From the NCBI GenBank assembly GCA_963712275.1, contig CAVQHD010000001.1:864001-928000 (forward strand): a stretch of DNA of 64,000 bases. Reading direction: 5' to 3'. The DNA is from an uncultured Rhabdochlamydiaceae bacterium (GTDB lineage: Bacteria; Chlamydiota; Chlamydiia; Chlamydiales; Rhabdochlamydiaceae). Of this stretch, positions 57,876 to 64,000 are shown one piece after another; positions within the stretch are counted from its first letter, which is position 1; every line of letters begins with the position of its first letter. The notes beneath the pieces are model-generated. The model was not told the DNA's origin and made no database searches. It worked only from the letters and a program-made list of their open reading frames with translations. The position numbers and the translations under genes are program-made.

Positions 57876-58024
57876 AAAATTGACATTTGGGCTGCGTCAA
57901 AGCCCCGGGGGCTGGTCATCGCAAGTGGGTCCGTATTGGATTAATACGGACCCACTTGTGATGACCGAACCGCGGGAGCTTTCACGTCAGCCCAAATGTC
58001 AATTTTTCAATAGATCGGAGTATA
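57858..58024. mobile_element. MITE-like palindromic element family E (167 bp including both TA copies)
   Basis: 37-bp perfect IR tatactccgatctattgaaaaattgacatttgggctg / cagcccaaatgtcaatttttcaatagatcggagtata plus an inner 24-bp hairpin; excision restores a TAG stop for murF. Confidence 0.92.
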
Positions 58025-58031
58025 GGTCGCT

Positions 58032-59222
58032 ATGTTTCTATTCCTTTTTAAAATGTTTGCCTCTTGGGGTTGGAAAATTCCTTACGCATTTTCCTATTCA
58101 TCAACTCGGATGATGCTTGCAGCTTTAACGTCCCTCCTTGTCACAATTTTGCTGGGTCCTCGCTTTATCCGTCGCCTCTATGAATTAAAAACAGGTCAAT
58201 CAATCCGCGTTGAAGATTGTCCAATGCTTGCTCAACTCCATGAAAAGAAAAAAAATACGCCCACCATGGGAGGTGGGTTGATGCTTTTCTCCATGATCGT
58301 GGCCCTTTTGCTGTGGATGGACTTATCGAGCAGTTTTACTCTGATTTTTTTTGTTACAATCGTCTGGCTGGGGGGGATTGGATCTTATGATGATTTTCTC
58401 AAGTTAAAACATAAAAATTCAAGAGGCTTAAGTCCGCGTAAAAAAATTTTAATGCAAATTGCTTTTGCTGCTTTAATTGCTGGATATGGGGTCTGTCCTG
58501 GGTGGGCGGAAAAAATTCAAGCAGGAGCCTGGTTTGCTCCTCCGATTGCCAAAGAGCTGACAAATCAGTCGCAGATGGTGAGTGTTTCAACGACGGAGTG
58601 GATGACGCAATATTATGTTCCTTTCTATAAACAACCAATTGTCTATCTGAGCGGCTTTCTTGCATTTTTTGTGACGATCTTTGTCATTACAGGAACCTCA
58701 AATGCCGTTAATTTAACAGATGGGCTTGATGGCCTTGCTGCGGGGTGTGTGATTTTAGTGGGAGCGGTCTTAGCCCTTGTGGCGTTTTTATCCAACAATT
58801 TTGAAGTGTCCCGTTATCTGAATATCTTGTATATCGAAAGGGCAAGTGAAATTGCGGTTTTCCTCTGTGCGATGATTGGGGCATGCTTAGGGTTTTTATG
58901 GTATAACGGCTACCCTGCACAGGTGTTTATGGGAGATACAGGGTCACTAGCTCTCGGCGGCGTTCTTGGGGTTGCGGCAGTTTTACTTCGGAGAGAGGTT
59001 TTACTTGCCCTCGTCGGCGGGATTTTTGTGGTAGAGGCGCTCTCTGTGATTTTACAAGTGGCTAGCTATAAGTTTCGAGATAAGAAACGGATTTTTCTCT
59101 GCGCACCTCTCCACCACCATTTTGAGTATAAAGGGTGGCCTGAGACGAAAGTCGTTCTCCGGTTCTGGATCATCGGACTTATTTTAGCTGTGATTGGCGT
59201 GATTTCACTCAAAGTTCAATAG
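58032..59222 (+). CDS. mraY: Phospho-MurNAc-pentapeptide transferase
   Basis: KKNTPTMGG, SYDD, SNAVNLTDGLDGL, AQVFMGDTGSL, APLHHHFE. Confidence 0.97.
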   Translation: MFLFLFKMFASWGWKIPYAFSYSSTRMMLAALTSLLVTILLGPRFIRRLYELKTGQSIRVEDCPMLAQLHEKKKNTPTMGGGLMLFSMIVALLLWMDLSSSFTLIFFVTIVWLGGIGSYDDFLKLKHKNSRGLSPRKKILMQIAFAALIAGYGVCPGWAEKIQAGAWFAPPIAKELTNQSQMVSVSTTEWMTQYYVPFYKQPIVYLSGFLAFFVTIFVITGTSNAVNLTDGLDGLAAGCVILVGAVLALVAFLSNNFEVSRYLNILYIERASEIAVFLCAMIGACLGFLWYNGYPAQVFMGDTGSLALGGVLGVAAVLLRREVLLALVGGIFVVEALSVILQVASYKFRDKKRIFLCAPLHHHFEYKGWPETKVVLRFWIIGLILAVIGVISLKVQ

Positions 59223-59233
59223 AGGAGTTATAT

Positions 59234-59914
59234 ATGAAAAAAATCGGACTTATTTTACTGCTGAGAATTACTTTTTTTAATTTATATGCTTCTGAGGGAT
59301 TTGCAATTCTCTCTTCTGAAAAAACCCTTTCTTCGAGTTCTTTAAAGCCTGTCATATTTTCCGCTACTCATGAGAAGGAATGGGTAGAGCAATGTATTAA
59401 GCAATATCCAGAAATTTTATATCTTGTGGATGAGCAAGTTAGGAAAACCGAGGAGGGGCAAGCAACGGCTCAAGGGTCTTATTCAGAGCAGCTATTTAAT
59501 CAAAAATACATTGAGTTCGATCGGACGGTGATGACGCTTCATTGTCTCAAGCTTATCTTGGATGGTAGTGATAATGCGTATCAAGAGTTTTCAATGGCGC
59601 AACCTAAAGATGCTCGTCTCTCAAGAGAGAGCTTCCACGATTTGCACCTTCAGGGAGAGCGATTATTAAAATCAAAATGGGGGGGAATGACGGAGCTGCA
59701 AATTGCGCAAGCAATGGAAACAGCGTTAGTGCTTGGAGATATAGGGAGTAGAGTACTTGAGATGCATAAAGCGCGCTTAGCGAAGGGAGATGGTGATTCG
59801 ACGATTCCTCTCAATTTCAACAAGGTAGCCGGTATTGCAAAAACATCGCCTGAGCTCCTTCAGAATGAATACACCATTGATGCAGAAGGAAACGTACGTT
59901 TAGTAGGTGAGTAA
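59234..59914 (+). CDS. Hypothetical exported protein
   Basis: Signal-peptide-like N-terminus; GAGGAG Shine-Dalgarno. Confidence 0.6.
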   Translation: MKKIGLILLLRITFFNLYASEGFAILSSEKTLSSSSLKPVIFSATHEKEWVEQCIKQYPEILYLVDEQVRKTEEGQATAQGSYSEQLFNQKYIEFDRTVMTLHCLKLILDGSDNAYQEFSMAQPKDARLSRESFHDLHLQGERLLKSKWGGMTELQIAQAMETALVLGDIGSRVLEMHKARLAKGDGDSTIPLNFNKVAGIAKTSPELLQNEYTIDAEGNVRLVGE

Positions 59915-59917
59915 AAT

Positions 59918-60667
59918 ATGATCAAAGCTTTAAAATTATTTTTGTTTGCTATGTTGATTGGAAGCGTTCCCTTATTTTCTTTACTCCAAACCTCAGAATT
60001 CGAGGCGGTCATATTCGACTGCGACGGAGTGCTTGTTGATACAGAGTATCTCAAATTTCTTGCTTGGAAAGAGGCTTTAGCCGAAGAGAATATCACCTTT
60101 GCAATTGAAGAGTATATGCCTCTAGTTGGGCACAGCTCAAAAAACATTCTTTCTATGCTCAGAAAGTTGAAAAACCTAGAGATTCCGGAAAAGGTCATCG
60201 AAAAACGAAACAGTCACTATCGACTTCTTCAGCAAGAGGGTGTGCCTCCCATTCAGGAAATGATTGATTTTGCTAGACGCTTATCAAAAGGGAAAGAAAA
60301 ATTAGGGATAAAATTAGGACTTGCCTCATCTGCTCCAATGGAGGAAATTCTCCATAATCTGAGGCAGATTGGGCTAGACAATGCATTCGATTTGGTGATT
60401 TCTGGGACAGATGATTTAGGCAGCTATTCTGATGCCGAAGGAAAAAACAAGCCTAAGCCCTACATCTACATCGAGGCGGCTAAAAGGCTTGCTATCGACC
60501 CTTCTAAGTGCCTTGTATTTGAAGACACCAACGCCGGTGTAGAAGCTGCAGCTGGAGCAGGCATGATTGCAATCGGAGTCCCGAATCGGTTTACCATCCA
60601 TCAAGATTTTTCGAAAGCGACGCAAGTGATTTCTTCTAACTCACAAATTCAAGAAATTTTTAAGTAA
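59918..60667 (+). CDS. HAD-superfamily phosphatase with signal-like N-terminus
   Basis: [29 protein letters not shown]. Confidence 0.92.
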   Translation: MIKALKLFLFAMLIGSVPLFSLLQTSEFEAVIFDCDGVLVDTEYLKFLAWKEALAEENITFAIEEYMPLVGHSSKNILSMLRKLKNLEIPEKVIEKRNSHYRLLQQEGVPPIQEMIDFARRLSKGKEKLGIKLGLASSAPMEEILHNLRQIGLDNAFDLVISGTDDLGSYSDAEGKNKPKPYIYIEAAKRLAIDPSKCLVFEDTNAGVEAAAGAGMIAIGVPNRFTIHQDFSKATQVISSNSQIQEIFK

Positions 60668-60720
60668 ATGCAACCGCTTGATCTCTTAATAGAATGTAGG
60701 GTAGGATTGACCCCTTTTCT

Positions 60721-60807
60721 GGAGGAGTGTCCGAGTGGCCGATGGAGCACGCTTGGAAAGCGTGTATGCGTGAAAGCGCATCGTGGGTTCGAATCCCACC
60801 TCCTCCG
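60721..60807 (+). tRNA. tRNA-Ser (anticodon GGA)
   Basis: GGAGGAG acceptor stem, CACGC-TTGGAAA-GCGTG, long variable arm, GGTTCGAATCC. Confidence 0.95.
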
Positions 60808-60874
60808 TTCTTTGGATTTGAAAATATAATATGTTAAATTTTAGGCGCTTGGAGTTCTGAAAAAATTAAGCGGC

Positions 60875-61597
60875 ATGGAATTAGATTCAAATAATCTCGA
60901 CCTTCTTGAAATCCAATTCGCTCCAACAGATGAACATCAAAAATTGCTTTCCGATATTCGTAACCTCAAAAAAATAATTGCAGAAAAAAACTTATCAATA
61001 GACTCTCAAATTGTTCCGGGGTGGGTGAGAGAAGCTTTTCTTTATGTGTGTAAAATGGCCGGCGAGGGAAAGGGTTTTTCTGGAAAGGACATTTGTTTCA
61101 TCCACGAGAAAATAAAAATGGATGGAAAATTTAGAACTCCTGAGCTTGAAGGGTTTAAATCAACTAGCGTTTGGTTTGGTGCAGATTATCCATATTTCCC
61201 TCCAGAAGCAAAGGAAGTTTATGGTTTGATCCAAAAATTTGAACAGAAATATGCTCATTTTGAGGAAATGGAAGAGCCTCTACAGAAAATATGCGAAGCG
61301 TATTTTCTTTTCGAACTTATACATCCTTTCCCAGATGGAAATGGAAGAACGGGTCGTTTGATATGTGCATGGTTGATGATCCAAAATAACTATGGATTTC
61401 TTGCGCCACTTCTTGAAAAACGTTGGAATAGTAACGAACAGCATCGTATAAAAATTTTTCAGTCCTCCAACAATAACTATCATAGTTGCTTAGGTAATCC
61501 AGAAGTTTTGAATGTGCAATTTAGTGCGTTTTATTTGTATTTCTTAGAGGAGATTAGAGTCTTAAGCAGGCAGATCATAGAGGGAAAGGAAGCTTAA
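60875..61597 (+). CDS. Fic-domain protein
   Basis: Canonical HPFPDGNGRTGR motif. Confidence 0.92.
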   Translation: MELDSNNLDLLEIQFAPTDEHQKLLSDIRNLKKIIAEKNLSIDSQIVPGWVREAFLYVCKMAGEGKGFSGKDICFIHEKIKMDGKFRTPELEGFKSTSVWFGADYPYFPPEAKEVYGLIQKFEQKYAHFEEMEEPLQKICEAYFLFELIHPFPDGNGRTGRLICAWLMIQNNYGFLAPLLEKRWNSNEQHRIKIFQSSNNNYHSCLGNPEVLNVQFSAFYLYFLEEIRVLSRQIIEGKEA

Positions 61598-61607
61598 AAA
61601 ACAGTCG

Positions 61608-62624
61608 TTAGTATGCTTCCTCTTTTGATCTTGCTTTACTTTGAATTGCTTCGAGCAAAGCGATATCTTCGGCGTCCGCATGTAATCGCTCTTCCTGGCG
61701 CTGTTTTTGGTTAAACTTGGAATAACACTCAAGAGCCAATTGCTCTGCCACTTGGGCAGAAACCTTCCCTGCATGGTCAAGAAGATCTTTTTCATTGAAG
61801 GTAAGAAATGCATCGAGTTTCTCTTCCCATTCTCGCATGGTCATGGTTTTCCGACGTTTTGCCTGAGACTCAGCATAATCTAAATACATCACGACAATTT
61901 CATTGAGCTCTTCGAGTTCGGATTGATCGAGATAGTTTTTTGCAATGGTTACATCTTGTTGTCGAATACGAGGGGCATTCCAACTTTTAAGTCCCATCGT
62001 CGGTAGCTCAGGATTTGCTCGCTCAGAAATCAACTCGGCGGCAGTCTTGCGCGTTGTAGCCCAGAGCATTTTGTTCTGTACTTTTTTGAAAAACAACTGA
62101 GCCTCATCGCTTTTTGCATCATAATCAATAGCTGTTGCGTAAATATCTCTGACTTTCTGATAAAATCGCTTTTCCGAGGCGCGGATTTCACGAATTCTCT
62201 CTAACCACTCATCGAAATAGTCTAGTCCACCGGGCTCTTTTAAGCGGGCATCGTCCATGACGAACCCTTTGAGCAGGTATTCGTGAAGGTGAGTCGTTGC
62301 CCACTTACGGAACTGTGTGCCGCGAATTGAACGGACTCGATAGCCAATAGAGAGAATAACGGTAAGGTTGTAGAGTTTAATAGATCTCTCGATAGATCTT
62401 TTGCCCTCGTTTTGAACTAGTAAGCAATCCTTACTAGTTGACGCAGTTTTGGCTTCGCCACTATTATAAATATCTCGTACATGCATAGTTACGTTTTGCG
62501 GGGTAATCTGAAAAAGGTCAGCTATTTCCGTACGCGTTAACCAAACGGTTCCTTCTTGAGCTCTCAACCGGATAGATGTTTGTCCATCTTCAGTTGTATA
62601 GAGGATAATTTCACCGTTGGACAT
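61608..62624 (-). CDS. rhuM: Virulence RhuM family protein
   Basis: IILYTTEDG, TVWLT, YNL..ILSIGYRVRS.RGTQFRKWAT, IREIRASEKRFYQK, IAKNYL. Confidence 0.92.
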   Translation of the reverse strand: MSNGEIILYTTEDGQTSIRLRAQEGTVWLTRTEIADLFQITPQNVTMHVRDIYNSGEAKTASTSKDCLLVQNEGKRSIERSIKLYNLTVILSIGYRVRSIRGTQFRKWATTHLHEYLLKGFVMDDARLKEPGGLDYFDEWLERIREIRASEKRFYQKVRDIYATAIDYDAKSDEAQLFFKKVQNKMLWATTRKTAAELISERANPELPTMGLKSWNAPRIRQQDVTIAKNYLDQSELEELNEIVVMYLDYAESQAKRRKTMTMREWEEKLDAFLTFNEKDLLDHAGKVSAQVAEQLALECYSKFNQKQRQEERLHADAEDIALLEAIQSKARSKEEAY

Positions 62625-62766
62625 GACTCGCTTCCTGTAAAATTGAAAGTTTGGAAGAAATCGTAGATACAATCAAGAAACTTTTCCAATCAAAAATTCT
62701 GGATGTGTCCAACCGCTTCCGCCATTGGAACCAGTTCGAAGTTCGAGGGTGCTATGATCGGTATGC

Positions 62767-63750
62767 CTATGAAAGGCCATAGTCGCGAGGGGAAAGATTC
62801 ATATCAAGAAACTTGATAAGCAAGTGAGGGTATGCTTTGATATCTTTGCCTGTAAGGCCTAAAGCGCTTGCAGTACTGCTGTTATGCTCAACGTCGATGA
62901 GTAAGACAGTTGAGGCCTCGTCTTCTTTGTTGGGATGGATGAACTTAATTGATTTTACTTCAGCTTTATAATTCCATGGAAAACGTGCGATCTCTGGAAT
63001 AACGATCGCTCCTTTGTTAAAAATAATTTCTAAGGATGACTCATGTTGAGTGATCTGCCCACACAGTAAATCAGAAATTTGTACTTTGGGGCTGAATGTA
63101 TTGACCAGGCCCTTCAAAAAGCCTTGCACTTGCACGGGAAAATTTTCGACAGCAAAATCAGGAAGGTACCGAATTTTGAATTCTTGCTTCGAGGCGAAGG
63201 TTAATGTAAATCTTCCGCTCGTATCCAACGTGCAATTTTGAATATTGAGTGGCTTTAGGAAATAGTCGATAAAATTTATTTCCTGAGCGCCGCTTTGATG
63301 AGGAAGCTGACAAGGATAAGAAAAAGGCAGGAATATCTGTTTGAGCTTTTCAAGGGAAGATGATAAGGATTGTTGTTCTGCGTGTACTTGCTGTAGTTTT
63401 TCAGCAAGCTGCTGTTGCCCGCGCTCGGTGGAAACAAGTTCGCCTCTTTCTGAAAGAGGTGTCCCTAAAGAAGGTGTAAAAAATGCCTCGGTTTCTTCAT
63501 CTTCCTCCGTTGTAGCTGAAGAAACGGCGGGAGATGGGGTTGGTTCTTGTGGCGGAGAAGCGAAGTACCGATAAAGACGCCTTGAGCAGCAGAGGACAAA
63601 GACAAGAGCGACGGCAGAAACGACCTTAAGCGCTGTTTTGCAAGATTCTTTGGGCAAGAAGCCCCAAATTTGATTTGTTAAAAATTTTTTTGGTATAATT
63701 GGGCTGATAAACTTTATAAATTGATGAATAGCATATGTCATGCAAAACAT
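62767..63750 (-). CDS. Hypothetical membrane-anchored protein
   Basis: 327 aa; TM segment followed by Pro/acidic linker and coiled coil. Confidence 0.65.
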   Translation of the reverse strand: MFCMTYAIHQFIKFISPIIPKKFLTNQIWGFLPKESCKTALKVVSAVALVFVLCCSRRLYRYFASPPQEPTPSPAVSSATTEEDEETEAFFTPSLGTPLSERGELVSTERGQQQLAEKLQQVHAEQQSLSSSLEKLKQIFLPFSYPCQLPHQSGAQEINFIDYFLKPLNIQNCTLDTSGRFTLTFASKQEFKIRYLPDFAVENFPVQVQGFLKGLVNTFSPKVQISDLLCGQITQHESSLEIIFNKGAIVIPEIARFPWNYKAEVKSIKFIHPNKEDEASTVLLIDVEHNSSTASALGLTGKDIKAYPHLLIKFLDMNLSPRDYGLS

Positions 63751-63767
63751 TTTAGCAGAACTAAAGT

Positions 63768-64000
63768 TTAATACGCATACTCTGGGTTTTCAGCGCGGCA
63801 ATAACGTTTATTTTTGTGAAGGTGATCCAATTGCGACATCTCTTCCTCTGATAGGGAAAAGTCGAAAATCTCTAAATTATCTCTTAAATGCCCTTCTGAA
63901 GAAGCTTTTGGAATGACTGAAATTTTTTTTTGAATCAACCATCGTAAAATGATCTGAGCGCCCGATTTATGATGTTTATTCCCAATAAGATTGAATAAGG
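63768..64000 (-). CDS. Aldo/keto reductase, 3' part (starts beyond the window)
   Basis: Manual translation ...KSGAQIILRWLIQKKISVIPKASSEGHLRDNLEIFDFSLSEEEM...; not in the ORF track. Confidence 0.88.
   Translation of the reverse strand, partial: LFNLIGNKHHKSGAQIILRWLIQKKISVIPKASSEGHLRDNLEIFDFSLSEEEMSQLDHLHKNKRYCRAENPEYAY

Noticed and set aside
57880..58113. 77-aa ORF, and the similar ORFs at 80-307, 23941-24165 and 49948-50151
   Set aside because: They are read through palindromic elements and show no protein motifs
1..64000. CRISPR array or cas genes
   Set aside because: The repeats are inverted or dispersed, or are coding tandem repeats; there is no repeat-spacer periodicity and no cas-like ORF

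Overview
64 kb of a bacterial chromosome, most likely an environmental member of the phylum Chlamydiota. This is inferred from chlamydia-like gene blocks (lptB-kdsA, nfo/murJ, ptsH-ptsI/ybaB-dnaX, divergent groEL near murF-mraY) and many eukaryote-like effector candidates. Housekeeping genes (LPS/Kdo/heptose, peptidoglycan, DAP, RNA modification, PTS, DNA repair) and 4 tRNAs are interleaved with lineage-specific genes: three F-box proteins, two tandem RING proteins, an LRR-NEL E3 ligase and several membrane hypotheticals. The most notable unannotated signal is five unrelated families of long palindromic miniature elements. Three show readable target-site duplications (TA, TTA, ATTTTCTC), two are inserted precisely into stop codons, and one (334 bp, 71-bp terminal inverted repeats) carries a decayed four-helix-bundle gene. 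Decayed AlbA_2 and YhcG fragments, an Rpn nuclease, a Fic/RhuM islet after tRNA-Ser and an enlarged family II pyrophosphatase-like protein are also present. No rRNA, CRISPR array, integrase or DDE/HUH transposase was seen. All calls come from reading motifs by eye; no database searches were run.
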